NCBI RefSeq assembly: GCF_000195955.2
Contig: NC_000962.3
Location: 2,550,001-2,582,000, forward strand
Length of the DNA stretch: 32,000 nucleotides
Reading direction: 5' to 3'
Origin: Mycobacterium tuberculosis H37Rv
GTDB taxonomy: Bacteria; Actinomycetota; Actinomycetes; Mycobacteriales; Mycobacteriaceae
Positions 20,059 to 29,503 of this stretch are shown here, piece by piece. A program made the translations under genes and the position numbers. The notes under the pieces were generated by a model. The model saw only the letters and a list, made by a program, of their open reading frames with translations, was not told the origin of the DNA and did no database searches. Numbering within the stretch: the stretch's first letter is position 1; every line of letters begins with the position of its first letter.

Positions 20059-22002
20059 CTACAAGGTACGCGCGAGACGTTCGGCCAGCAGCTCGGCGAA
20101 CCTCGCCGGATCCTCGAGTGCGCCGCCTTCGGCGAGAAGCGCTGTGCCGTAAAGTAATTCCGCGGTTTCGGCCAATGATTTCTCGGCATCGTCTGCGCGG
20201 TCCTGGTGGGCTTGGCGCAGGCCGGTCACCAACGGATGGCTCGGGTTGAGCTCAAGTATCCGCTTGCCGACCGGAACCTCCTGGCCGGAAGCCCGGTAGA
20301 TGCGCGCGAGCGCGGGTGTCATCCCGAAGGCATCGGTGATCAGACAGGCCGGTGACTCGGTCAGGCGGGTGGACAGCCGCACCTCCTTGACGTGATCGCT
20401 CAACGTCTCCTGCAACCAGGTCAGCAGGTCGGCAAATTCCTTCTGCCGCTCCTCGCGCTCGGCCTCGCTGGTGTCCTCTTCGGAACTCAAGTCCACCTCG
20501 CCCTTGGCAACCGACTGCAGCGGTTTGCCGTCGAACTCCGGCACCATTCCCACCCAGACCTCGTCGACCGGGTCGGTGAGCAGCAGCACTTCGTACCCCT
20601 TGGCCTTAAACGCCTCCAGGTGCGGTGACTTCAGCAGTTGTTGGCGCGTCTCGCCGGTGGCGTAGAAGATCTGTTGCTGACCGTCCTTCATGCGCTCGAC
20701 GTATTCGGCCAGCGTGGTGGGTTCCTCCTCGCTGTACGTGGAGACAAACGAAGAAATACCGAGCAGGGTCTCCCGGTTATCGATGTCTGACAGCAGTCCC
20801 TCTTTGAGGACCCTGCCGAACTGTGTCCAGAACGTGCGGTAGTCCTCCGGCCGGCTGGACTGCACGTCCTTGATCGTGGACAGCACCTTCTTGGTCAGCC
20901 GCCGGCGGATGGCCTTGATCTGCCGGTCCTGCTGCAGGATTTCGCGAGAAACGTTGAGCGACATGTCCTGCGCGTCGACCACACCCTTGACAAAACGCAA
21001 GTACTCGGGCATGAGCTGGTCGCAGTCGCCCATGATGAACACCCGCTTGACGTAGAGCTGGATACCGACGTGGGCGTCCCGGTCGAACAGATCGAACGGG
21101 GCATGAGACGGGATGAACAGCAGGGCCTGGTACTCGAAGGTGCCCTCGGCCTTCATCGCGATGATCTCGAGCGGGTCGTCCCAGGCGTGCGCGACGTGTT
21201 TGTAGAACTCCTTGTACTCCTGCTCAGACACCTCTTCTTTGGGCCTCGCCCACAGCGCCTTCATCGAGTTGAGGGTTTCGGTTTCGATGGTGACGGTCTC
21301 CTCGCCGCCTTCCCCCCCTTCTTCCTGGGAGGCTGGGGTGCGGCGCTCGACGTCCATCCGGATGGGCCAGGCGATGAAGTCGGAGTATTTCTTGACCAGG
21401 TTACGGATCTTCCATTCCGAGGTGTAGTCGTGCAGGTCGTCCTCGGCGTCTTCCGGCTTGAGGTGCAGGGTGACCGACGTGCCCTGGGGGGCATCCTCGA
21501 CGGACTCGATGGTGTAGGTGCCCTCACCGCTGGACTCCCATCTGGTGGCCGCGCTCTCGCCAGCCTTGCGGGTAAGCAGTTGGACCTTGTCGGCCACCAT
21601 GAACGACGAGTAGAAGCCGATGCCGAACTGACCGATCAGTTCCTCGGAGGCGGCCGCGTTCTTGGCCTCACGCAGCTGTGCGCGCAGCTCGGCGGTGCCC
21701 GACTTGGCCAGCGTGCCAATCAGATCCACCACCTCCTCGCGCGCCATCCCGATGCCGTTGTCACGAACGGTAAGAGTCCTTGCAGCTTTGTCTGCGTCGA
21801 TCTCGATGTGCAGATCGGAGGTGTCGACCTCCAGGTCCTTGTTCCGCAGCGCCTCAATCCGCAGCTTGTCTAGCGCATCGGAGGCATTCGAGATCAACTC
21901 CCGCAGAAACGCGTCCTTATTGGAGTAGACCGAGTGGACCATCAAATCCAGCAGTTGCCGGGCCTCCGCCTGAAACTCCAACTGCTCGACATGGGCGTTC
22001 AT
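20059..22002 (-). CDS. htpG: Molecular chaperone HtpG (Hsp90 family, Rv2299c)
   Basis: 647-aa ORF: VEQLEFQAEARQLLDLMVHSVYSNKDAFLRELISNASDALDKLRI, TVRDNGIGMAREEVVDLIGTLAKSGT, GQFGIGFYSSFMVAD. Confidence 0.98.
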   Translation of the reverse strand: MNAHVEQLEFQAEARQLLDLMVHSVYSNKDAFLRELISNASDALDKLRIEALRNKDLEVDTSDLHIEIDADKAARTLTVRDNGIGMAREEVVDLIGTLAKSGTAELRAQLREAKNAAASEELIGQFGIGFYSSFMVADKVQLLTRKAGESAATRWESSGEGTYTIESVEDAPQGTSVTLHLKPEDAEDDLHDYTSEWKIRNLVKKYSDFIAWPIRMDVERRTPASQEEGGEGGEETVTIETETLNSMKALWARPKEEVSEQEYKEFYKHVAHAWDDPLEIIAMKAEGTFEYQALLFIPSHAPFDLFDRDAHVGIQLYVKRVFIMGDCDQLMPEYLRFVKGVVDAQDMSLNVSREILQQDRQIKAIRRRLTKKVLSTIKDVQSSRPEDYRTFWTQFGRVLKEGLLSDIDNRETLLGISSFVSTYSEEEPTTLAEYVERMKDGQQQIFYATGETRQQLLKSPHLEAFKAKGYEVLLLTDPVDEVWVGMVPEFDGKPLQSVAKGEVDLSSEEDTSEAEREERQKEFADLLTWLQETLSDHVKEVRLSTRLTESPACLITDAFGMTPALARIYRASGQEVPVGKRILELNPSHPLVTGLRQAHQDRADDAEKSLAETAELLYGTALLAEGGALEDPARFAELLAERLARTL

Positions 22003-22075
22003 GAGATTCCTTCCGACGACATAGCGACTCGAATTTAGCGAGCTGCGATCCGGCGCCGAGCTGGGGGTGGCCTGG

Positions 22076-23008
22076 CTAGGCCGTATCGCGAGCAAGCTGA
22101 TAGAGGTCGGGATCGTGTGCGCAGACGATGAGTAGATCCGGGTCGTGGCGTCGATGGAGTTCGACGATTCGGGCCTGGTTGTCGCGCAGTTGGTTGCGGT
22201 TATACGACAACAGCTTTTCCTCGGCCCGCATCACGAAGGGCACCCGGAACCGGCCATCGAGGGTGCCGCGATGATAGAAGGCGTCGCCGCAGTGCAAAAC
22301 CCAGCGGTGACCGGCATCGACAGCTACCGCGGCGTGCCCGCGGGTGTGACCGGGCATCGGCACCAGAACGACACCGGTGCCGATGGAATCGAGGGGTTTG
22401 GCCGATGCGAATCCGCGCCAGGGTTCCCCGTCGGGACCGTGCTCCACCAGCTTCGGGCCGTGGGCCCACTGTCCGCGTCGATATCGCAGTCGCTCGCGGA
22501 GCGAAGGGGCGTGGATGGCACCGCGGGCTTCGGCGGCGGTGACGTGGAGGTGAGCCTCGGGGAAGTCGGCGATCCCGCCGATGTGGTCGAAGTCGAAGTG
22601 GGTGAGCACAATGTGTCGAACGTCGGACGTGCGGTAGCCGAGCTGTTCGATCTGGCGGGCCGCGGTTTCGGCCTGCAAGAATGCCGGCCGCAGGACATGA
22701 CGGAATAGACCTACCCGGCCGGGGTCAAGGCAGTCCTGGATACCGAAGCCGGTGTCCACCAGCACCAATCCATCGTCGGTCTCGACGAGCAGAACGTGGC
22801 ATAACAGAGCGATGCCAAATGCATTCATGGTGCCGCAGTTGAGGTGGTGGACCTTCACCGGCGGTCCCTTCGCTTCGGGGGCGACACCTAACATACTGGT
22901 CGTCAACCTACCGCGACACCGCTGGGACTTTGTGCCATTGCCGGCCACTCGGGGCCGCTGCGGCCTGGAAAAATTGGTCGGGCACGGGCGGCCGCGGGTC
23001 GCTACCAT
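22076..23008 (-). CDS. Metallo-beta-lactamase-fold hydrolase, AHL-lactonase-like (Rv2300c); start may be downstream
   Basis: [45 protein letters not shown]: canonical MBL motifs. Confidence 0.9.
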
Positions 23009-23014
23009 CCCACT

Positions 23015-23707
23015 GTGAATGATTTACTGACCCGCCGACTGCTCACCATGGGCGCGGCCGCCGCAATGCTGGCCGCGGTGCTTCTGCTTACTCCCATCAC
23101 CGTTCCCGCCGGCTACCCCGGTGCCGTTGCACCGGCCACTGCAGCCTGCCCCGACGCCGAAGTGGTGTTCGCCCGCGGCCGCTTCGAACCGCCCGGGATT
23201 GGCACGGTCGGCAACGCATTCGTCAGCGCGCTGCGCTCGAAGGTCAACAAGAATGTCGGGGTCTACGCGGTGAAATACCCCGCCGACAATCAGATCGATG
23301 TGGGCGCCAACGACATGAGCGCCCACATTCAGAGCATGGCCAACAGCTGTCCGAATACCCGCCTGGTGCCCGGCGGTTACTCGCTGGGCGCGGCCGTCAC
23401 CGACGTGGTACTCGCGGTGCCCACCCAGATGTGGGGCTTCACCAATCCCCTGCCTCCCGGCAGTGATGAGCACATCGCCGCGGTCGCGCTGTTCGGCAAT
23501 GGCAGTCAGTGGGTCGGCCCCATCACCAACTTCAGCCCCGCCTACAACGATCGGACCATCGAGTTGTGTCACGGCGACGACCCCGTCTGCCACCCTGCCG
23601 ACCCCAACACCTGGGAGGCCAACTGGCCCCAGCACCTCGCCGGGGCCTATGTCTCGTCGGGCATGGTCAACCAGGCGGCTGACTTCGTTGCCGGAAAGCT
23701 GCAATAG
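23015..23707 (+). CDS. cut2: Secreted cutinase-family esterase (Rv2301)
   Basis: Signal peptide, [35 protein letters not shown] nucleophile motif, Cys-rich C-terminus LCHGDDPVC. Confidence 0.95.
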
Positions 23708-23812
23708 CCACCTAGCCCGTGCGCGAGTCTTTGCTTCACGCTTTCGCTAACCGACCAACGCGCGCACGATGGAGGGGTCCGTGGTCATATCAAGACAAGA
23801 AGGGAGTAGGCG

Positions 23813-24055
23813 ATGCACGCAAAAGTCGGCGACTACCTCGTGGTGAAGGGCACAACCACGGAACGGCATGATCAACATGCTGAGATCATCGAGGTGCGCT
23901 CCGCAGACGGCTCGCCGCCATACGTGGTGCGTTGGCTGGTAAACGGGCACGAGACAACGGTGTACCCCGGGTCGGACGCGGTCGTCGTCACCGCCACCGA
24001 GCACGCGGAGGCCGAAAAGCGCGCTGCCGCGCGGGCCGGGCACGCGGCGACATAG
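23813..24055 (+). CDS. DUF1918-like small protein (Rv2302)
   Basis: 80-aa ORF MHAKVGDYLVVKGTTTERHDQHAEIIEVRSADGSPPYVVRWLVNGHETTVYPGSDAVVV. Confidence 0.92.
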   Translation: MHAKVGDYLVVKGTTTERHDQHAEIIEVRSADGSPPYVVRWLVNGHETTVYPGSDAVVVTATEHAEAEKRAAARAGHAAT

Positions 24056-24095
24056 CCGGTGAAAAGCTCTGCTGGCGATGTGGGGCCTACAGGTC

Positions 24096-25019
24096 TCACG
24101 TGTCGAGCCGCAGCACACGTGTGGCGTTACGCCATAGCCAGTCCTCCAGGACTTCCCGGGGGACCGGCAGCGCACGCATCTCGTCGCACAATTGCAGGTA
24201 AGGGCGGTTGATGAGAAATCCGCCGGTACCGTAAACGATCTTGTTGCGGATTGTTGTCTGCCCAAACCGCATCAGCGGCTCCCATCCAGCGCCCGGTGAA
24301 GCGAAGTACTTGGGACGGTGCGCGGCCAATTCCAGGTAGACGTTCGGGTGTTTCCAGGCGATCAGGCATGCCTGCAGCACCCACGGGTAGCCGCCGTGGC
24401 TCATCAGGATCGTTAACTCAGGGAAGCGGCAGGCAACGTCGTCGATGTGGCGGGGATGGCCGAGATCGCTGAGCCGTGTCCGAGTCCAATCGGCGGAGGT
24501 GTGGATGGAAACGGGCACACCAAGCTCGACGCATTTGGCGTAGCAAGGGAAGTAGGCGGGGTCGGATGCGGGCCGTCCAATCATGAACGGACGCAAGCTC
24601 AACCCGCGGAAACCGTGCTCGACCACCCAGCGCTCGAACTCGTCGACTGCCGAGTCGCCGGCCAGGATGTCGGCACCGGCGAAGGGTAGGAACCGATCTG
24701 GATAGCGGGCCGCGACGGCGGCCACCGAGGCATTGTGGACAAAGGTGACACCACACGTGGACCGTTCATCGAATCCCGTGATCAGACTGCGGGTAATCCC
24801 GGCGTCGTCCAGGGAGTCCAGTATTTGGTCGTCTGTCCTGCGTAGCGACTCCGCGTAGGCACCGAACTGCTCGGCGCTGATCGTCGTCTTGGTGAAGACC
24901 TCGAAATACGACAGCAGCTCGACGGGAAATCCTTCCCGAAGATCGTCAATGACCTCGGCGGACGGAACGAACGGTGCCCACATATCGATGACCGGCACCC
25001 GCGGTTCGGGCGCGGTCAT
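24096..25019 (-). CDS. Amidohydrolase_2-type metal-dependent hydrolase, annotated as antibiotic-resistance/macrotetrolide resistance-like (Rv2303c)
   Basis: 307-aa ORF VPVIDMWAPFVPSAEVI..., HTSADWTRTRLSDLGHPRHIDDVACRFPELTILMSHGGYPW, KIVYGTGGF. Confidence 0.87.
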   Translation of the reverse strand: MTAPEPRVPVIDMWAPFVPSAEVIDDLREGFPVELLSYFEVFTKTTISAEQFGAYAESLRRTDDQILDSLDDAGITRSLITGFDERSTCGVTFVHNASVAAVAARYPDRFLPFAGADILAGDSAVDEFERWVVEHGFRGLSLRPFMIGRPASDPAYFPCYAKCVELGVPVSIHTSADWTRTRLSDLGHPRHIDDVACRFPELTILMSHGGYPWVLQACLIAWKHPNVYLELAAHRPKYFASPGAGWEPLMRFGQTTIRNKIVYGTGGFLINRPYLQLCDEMRALPVPREVLEDWLWRNATRVLRLDT

Positions 25020-25225
25020 GGGGTGCTCCGCGGGCCAACCGGACCGTGCAGGAAGTCATCGAATCCGGCATCGCGCTCCACGGCGAATGCCTGCTCGAAC
25101 GTCGTGGCGGGGCGGCCGGTGCACGTCGCCTCCTTGACATCGACTCGCTTCCCGGTGAGGTCGCACAGGACACAACGGTCCAGCGCGCCGTCGTCGGCTT
25201 CCTCGGTAGCAATGTCGTGGCTCAT
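25016..25225 (-). CDS. Small hypothetical protein (Rv2304c), overlapping the amidohydrolase start
   Basis: MSHDIATEEADDGALDRCVLCDLTGKRVDVKEATCTGRPATTFEQAFAVERDAGFDDFLHGPVGPRSTP. The 4-nt overlap (25016..25019) suggests translational coupling. Confidence 0.6.
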   Translation of the reverse strand: MSHDIATEEADDGALDRCVLCDLTGKRVDVKEATCTGRPATTFEQAFAVERDAGFDDFLHGPVGPRSTP

Positions 25226-25313
25226 CGCTCCTCCGTTGACTGTGTCGACCAGCTGAGCATGCGCTCTTATGCGATTACGCCAAGTCAACTGACCCCGCCG
25301 ACGCTTCGCATAC

Positions 25314-25568
25314 CTAGTGTCGGCCAGGGCCACCTGGCCCGCCCGGACCTCCCGGCCCGCCTGGTCCGCCCGGACCCCCGGGTCCGCCTGGTCGGTTTAC
25401 GGCGGGGAGCCAGAACACGCATTGATTCAAGTCGGGGCTCCACACCCAGCCGGGCGCGCAATCATCGTCGGCCCGGCTGTTCGCCGGCTCGACAAGTCCG
25501 GTCACCGCCAACACCGTCAACACCGCAGTGAACGCGCAAAGCGCGCAGCGTCGTAGAAAATGCCTCAT
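25314..25568 (-). CDS. Small secreted protein with C-terminal (GGP)n collagen-like tail
   Basis: MRHFLRRCALCAFTAVLTVLAVTGLVEPANSRADDDCAPGWVWSPDLNQCVFWLPAVNRPGGPGGPGGPGGPGGPGGPGGPGRH: plausible signal peptide, two-Cys core, tandem GGP. Confidence 0.65.
   Translation of the reverse strand: MRHFLRRCALCAFTAVLTVLAVTGLVEPANSRADDDCAPGWVWSPDLNQCVFWLPAVNRPGGPGGPGGPGGPGGPGGPGGPGRH
25323..25393. repeat. Short 9-nt-periodic tandem repeat encoding GGP units
   Basis: Minus strand reads CCA GGC GGA CCC GGG GGT CCG GGC GGA CCA GGC GGG CCG GGA GGT CCG GGC GGG CCA. Confidence 0.85.
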
Positions 25569-25808
25569 CGCAGACCTCACGGTTTGTCGTCCGGCGCTGG
25601 ACCTAGGTTATCGCCACGACCGCCGCGGCGGCAGCACACGTGGCGACTCACCGCGGCCGTAGAACCGGTTGAGCAGCAAGCCACTGCGCGTTGGTAAGAG
25701 CGGATCCAAGCGCCGGCAACGGATGGTCGGCGAGGGCGCTGATCGGGCAACGATGCCCAGGCCAGGCGGCCCCAGCGAACGCCGCACCGGCTGGAGGAAG
25801 ATAGCCCC

Positions 25809-27098
25809 ATGACCCAAACGCTGCGCCTTACCGCGCTGGACGAGATGTTCATCACCGATGACATTGACATCGTTCCTTCGGTGCAGATCGAGGCGCGGGT
25901 GTCCGGTCGTTTCGACCTCGACCGGCTTGCCGCTGCCCTGCGCGCCGCCGTCGCCAAGCACGCCCTGGCTCGGGCGCGGCTTGGCCGCGCCAGCCTAACC
26001 GCACGGACGCTGTATTGGGAGGTACCCGACCGCGCGGATCACCTCGCCGTGGAGATCACCGATGAACCCGTCGGTGAAGTTCGCAGTCGCTTTTATGCGC
26101 GGGCTCCCGAACTGCACCGAAGCCCGGTCTTTGCCGTCGCGGTGGTACGCGAGACCGTGGGCGACCGCCTCCTGCTCAACTTCCACCACGCGGCCTTCGA
26201 CGGCATGGGCGGGCTGCGTCTGTTGCTCTCACTGGCCCGGGCCTATGCGGGCGAGCCTGACGAGGTCGGTGGCCCTCCGATCGAGGAAGCCCGCAACCTT
26301 AAAGGCGTCGCCGGCTCCCGCGACCTGTTCGACGTCCTGATCCGCGCCCGCGGCCTGGCAAAACCGGCCATCGACCGGAAGCGGACCACCCGGGTCGCCC
26401 CGGATGGCGGCTCGCCCGACGGGCCGCGCTTCGTGTTCGCCCCACTCACCATCGAGAGCGACGAGATGGCAACCGCGGTTGCTCGTCGACCCGAGGGGGC
26501 GACGGTGAACGACCTGGCGATGGCCGCGCTGGCGTTGACGATCCTGCAGTGGAACCGCACACACGATGTCCCAGCCGCCGATTCCGTGTCGGTGAACATG
26601 CCGGTGAACTTCCGGCCGACCGCGTGGTCGACCGAGGTCATCTCGAACTTTGCCAGCTACCTGGCGATCGTGCTGCGGGTCGACGAGGTGACCGATCTCG
26701 AGAAGGCGACCGCCATCGTCGCCGGGATCACCGGACCATTGAAGCAATCCGGCGCCGCCGGGTGGGTCGTGGATCTGCTCGAAGGGGGAAAGGTGTTGCC
26801 GGCGATGCTCAAGCGCCAACTTCAGCTGCTTCTCCCCTTGGTCGAAGATCGGTTCGTCGAAAGCGTCTGTCTGTCCAACCTGGGCCGCGTCGACGTCCCC
26901 GCTTTCGGGGGCGAGGCCGGGGACACCACTGAGGTGTGGTTCAGTCCGACGGCGGCCATGAGCGTCATGCCGATCGGGGTTGGCCTCGTCGGCTTCGGAG
27001 GAACGCTGCGCGCCATGTTCCGCGGCGACGGGCGAACCATCGGCGGCGAGGCGCTGGGCCGCTTCGCCGCACTGTATCGCGACACACTGCTGACCTGA
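25809..27098 (+). CDS. Condensation-domain/WS-DGAT-like acyltransferase superfamily protein (Rv2305)
   Basis: 429-aa ORF with catalytic-type motif NFHHAAFDGMGGLRLLL (HHxxxDG) and C-terminal SNLGRVD...WFSPTAAMSVMPIGVGLVGFGGTLRAMFRGDG. Confidence 0.88.
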   Translation: MTQTLRLTALDEMFITDDIDIVPSVQIEARVSGRFDLDRLAAALRAAVAKHALARARLGRASLTARTLYWEVPDRADHLAVEITDEPVGEVRSRFYARAPELHRSPVFAVAVVRETVGDRLLLNFHHAAFDGMGGLRLLLSLARAYAGEPDEVGGPPIEEARNLKGVAGSRDLFDVLIRARGLAKPAIDRKRTTRVAPDGGSPDGPRFVFAPLTIESDEMATAVARRPEGATVNDLAMAALALTILQWNRTHDVPAADSVSVNMPVNFRPTAWSTEVISNFASYLAIVLRVDEVTDLEKATAIVAGITGPLKQSGAAGWVVDLLEGGKVLPAMLKRQLQLLLPLVEDRFVESVCLSNLGRVDVPAFGGEAGDTTEVWFSPTAAMSVMPIGVGLVGFGGTLRAMFRGDGRTIGGEALGRFAALYRDTLLT

Positions 27099-27107
27099 GG
27101 GCCCGGC

Positions 27108-27922
27108 ATGACCGACAACGAGTGCCCGGCCGACAGCCGACGGCGCCATGTCCTGCGGCTCGCCCTGTTCGCCGGGATTTTGCTGGGGCTGTTCTACCTG
27201 GTTGCGGTGGCACGAGTCATCCACGTCGACGGGGTCCGTAGCGCGATCGTGGTGGCGACGGGTCCGATCGCACCCCTGGCGTACGTTGTGGTGTCGGCCG
27301 CACTCGGCGCGTTGTTCGTCCCGGGCCCGATCCTCGCCGCCGGCAGCGGGGTGCTGTTCGGGCCGCTACTAGACACCTTTGTGACCCTGCCAGCTTTCTC
27401 GGCCGGCGCGCAGGCCGGAATGACGCCCAGGCGCTGCTGGGTGTCGATCGCGCCCATCGCCTCGATGCACAGATCGAACGGCGCGGATTGTGGGCGGTGG
27501 TCGGTCAGCGCTTCGTCCCCGGCATCTCGGATGCGCTGGCCTCGTACACCTTCGGGGCGTTCGGAGTTCCGTTGTGGCAGATGGTCGTTGGGTCGTTCAT
27601 CGGGTCGGCGCCACGGGTGTTCGTCTACACCGCGCTGGGCGCGTCGATCACCAACCTGTCGTCGCCGCTGGTTTACTCGGCGATCGCGGTGTGGTGCGTG
27701 ACCGCCATCATCGGGGCGTTCGCCGCGCGGCGTTGGTACCGGAAGTGGCGTGCGCGCCCGCGCCGGCGGTGCGGCCTGGCTCAGCTCACGACCGGTAGTC
27801 AGCAACGCCACACGAGTCACCGGACACCGGCGGGCGTCGTCATGCCCGGTTCACTGTCCGAGCACCGCCGTCTCCGTCAAGAAGCGCCGGATCGCATCGA
27901 GCATCACCCGCCCATCGAGTAG
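27108..27922 (+). pseudogene. TVP38/TMEM64 (SNARE-associated) family membrane protein split by a frameshift (Rv2306A 27108..27701 and Rv2306B 27488..27922)
   Basis: Frame 27108: FLVAVARVIHVDGVRSAIVVATGPIAPLAYVVVSAALGALFVPGPILAAGSGVLFGPLLDTFVTL. The family-like sequence continues from about 27389 in the Rv2306B frame: ASFLGRRAGRNDAQALLGVDRAHRLDAQIERRGLWAVVGQRFVPGISDALASYTFGAFGVPLWQMVVGSFIGSAP. Confidence 0.85.
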
Positions 27923-28696
27923 TTCCGGGTCGTTGTGACCCACACCGGGAACCACCACGTATCGCTTAGGCTCGGCGGCCGCTGCGACCAGCCGCTCACT
28001 AAGCGTAGCGGGGACGATGTCGTCGCTGCCGCCCGCGATGACCAGCACCGGCGCGTGTACAGAGGCGATGCGCTCGATCGACGGGTAGTGGTCCAGCAGC
28101 AACCGGCGCAGCGGCAGCCACGGGTAGTGCACCGCGCCGACCTCGGCCAGCGACGTGAACGGAGATCTCAGCACGAGTGCCGCCGGCGGCCGTTGCACGG
28201 CCAGCCCGACCGCCACCGCCGCGCCGAGGGATTCGCCGAAATAGGCAATGCGCGCGGGGTCGACGTCGGACTGGCCGGACAGCCACTCCTGCGCGGCCCG
28301 AGCGTCGGCGGCCAGGCCCTGCTCAGACGGCCGACCCGGGTTACCGCCGTAGCCGCGATAGTCAAACAGCAACACCGACAGGCCCAGGCCATGCAGCGCG
28401 ACAGCCAGCTCCGCACGCATCGACCGGTCGCCGGCGTTGCCATTGCACACCAGCACCGCGGGCCCACTACCGCCCGAAGTATGCGGGAAGTACCAGCCAC
28501 CCAAGCGCATTCCATCTTGTGTTTCGACCACGACATCGCGGCCGGCGGGCAAAACGGAGGAAGCCGATGGCACCGGACCCGCAGACGGGAAGTAGATTAG
28601 CCGACGCTGCTGCGACCAGATGAACATAATCACGCCCGATGCCACCAGCGCGACGATAGCGACCACCGGCAACGCGCGACACCTCTTTAGCGACAT
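27851..28696 (-). CDS. Alpha/beta hydrolase, BEM46/YqkD-like (Rv2307c)
   Basis: 281-aa ORF: VLVCNGNAGDRSMRAELAVALHGLGLSVLLFDYRGYGGNPGRPSEQG, GESLGAAVAVGLAV, VIAGGSDDIVPATLSERL, GVGHNDPEL. N-terminal TM/anchor. Confidence 0.93.
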   Translation of the reverse strand: MSLKRCRALPVVAIVALVASGVIMFIWSQQRRLIYFPSAGPVPSASSVLPAGRDVVVETQDGMRLGGWYFPHTSGGSGPAVLVCNGNAGDRSMRAELAVALHGLGLSVLLFDYRGYGGNPGRPSEQGLAADARAAQEWLSGQSDVDPARIAYFGESLGAAVAVGLAVQRPPAALVLRSPFTSLAEVGAVHYPWLPLRRLLLDHYPSIERIASVHAPVLVIAGGSDDIVPATLSERLVAAAAEPKRYVVVPGVGHNDPELLDGRVMLDAIRRFLTETAVLGQ

Positions 28697-28852
28697 CTAG
28701 CCCCGCACCGGTGCGACGCATCGAAAGCGGGGTCCCCGCGACCAGTGGATTACCGAAACCACCGTTCCAAACAGAAAATCGACACGAAATTCAACGACGC
28801 GGCGGGCCGGCGATGGCCACGAGACACCCACAACCAGCAACCGCCCCAATCA

Positions 28853-29197
28853 TCACGCCAACCAGCTCAGTACACCGCCGTGGCGCGAACACGTGCCTGA
28901 CCGGTGTGTGCTGAACGAGTACGACCCGTCCCTACAAATTGCGGTGGCGCCGGGTGGCGCCCCCGAACCTGGCGGCACTTGCCGGGGAGCAGGTATGCAC
29001 TGACCGTCCACGTTCTCGTAGTAGCCGCTAGGACAGGCAAACACCGAAGTCGGCGTCGACGGAGAAATGGCCGGGACGAAGCCGAAACCAACTGCCGCCG
29101 CAACAACGCCGACGGCAAACCGCCTCCGAGCAGACACTGCTAGCCTTCGATCATCACGCTTACGACTCCGCGTCCCAGCAAAGCGTACCGAGTACAT
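28853..29197 (-). CDS. Small secreted DUF3761-like protein
   Basis: RRFAVGVVAAAVGFGFVPAISPSTPTSVFACPSGYYENVDGQCIPAPRQVPPGSGAPPGATAICRDGSYSFSTHRSGTCSRHGGVLSWLA. The C-terminal CRDGSYSFSTHRSGTCSRHGGV pattern matches my recollection of DUF3761. Confidence 0.75.
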   Translation of the reverse strand: MYSVRFAGTRSRKRDDRRLAVSARRRFAVGVVAAAVGFGFVPAISPSTPTSVFACPSGYYENVDGQCIPAPRQVPPGSGAPPGATAICRDGSYSFSTHRSGTCSRHGGVLSWLA

Positions 29198-29503
29198 CGC
29201 CAGCCGGGAAGGGATATGGTCCCGCGACTAGCGGATCAGCAGAGTGCGCAGTTCCAGTGCTCTGGCAAACCAACACGTATTGCTCGCCGATCCAACATAT
29301 TCGTTGAACCTTGAGAAAGGCTTGCGGCGCATCGCCCAGCCCAGCGCCACTGCCACCACGGGAGGAGAAATCCAACCGTCACCACGACACCACGGATAGC
29401 GAAGATCAACAAATGCCACCCACGTTCGGGCGCACCAAGGAAGCCACCGTCGCGATACTTACCTATCGTTGCATCCGTTCTGGCGATATTTTTCAACTCG
29501 CAT

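Noticed and set aside
21070-21873. 267-aa plus-strand ORF opposite htpG
   Set aside because: htpG is unambiguous. This is an antisense ORF with repetitive LxxLVxxVDD-like composition caused by codon bias.
25317-25395. Possible CRISPR or VNTR array in the GGP region
   Set aside because: No unique spacers. The repeat is a short 9-nt codon-phased tandem encoding GGP, so it is not CRISPR; variability is only hypothetical.
27935-28600. 221-aa plus-strand ORF opposite the alpha/beta hydrolase
   Set aside because: Rv2307c on the minus strand has clear hydrolase motifs; the plus-strand frame is a His/Arg/Gln-rich shadow translation.
28711-28914. 67-aa plus-strand ORF possibly matching an annotated 'glycine-rich' gene
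   Set aside because: The translated sequence is not glycine rich, has no motif, and overlaps the end of the better supported DUF3761-like ORF. Not supportable from sequence alone.
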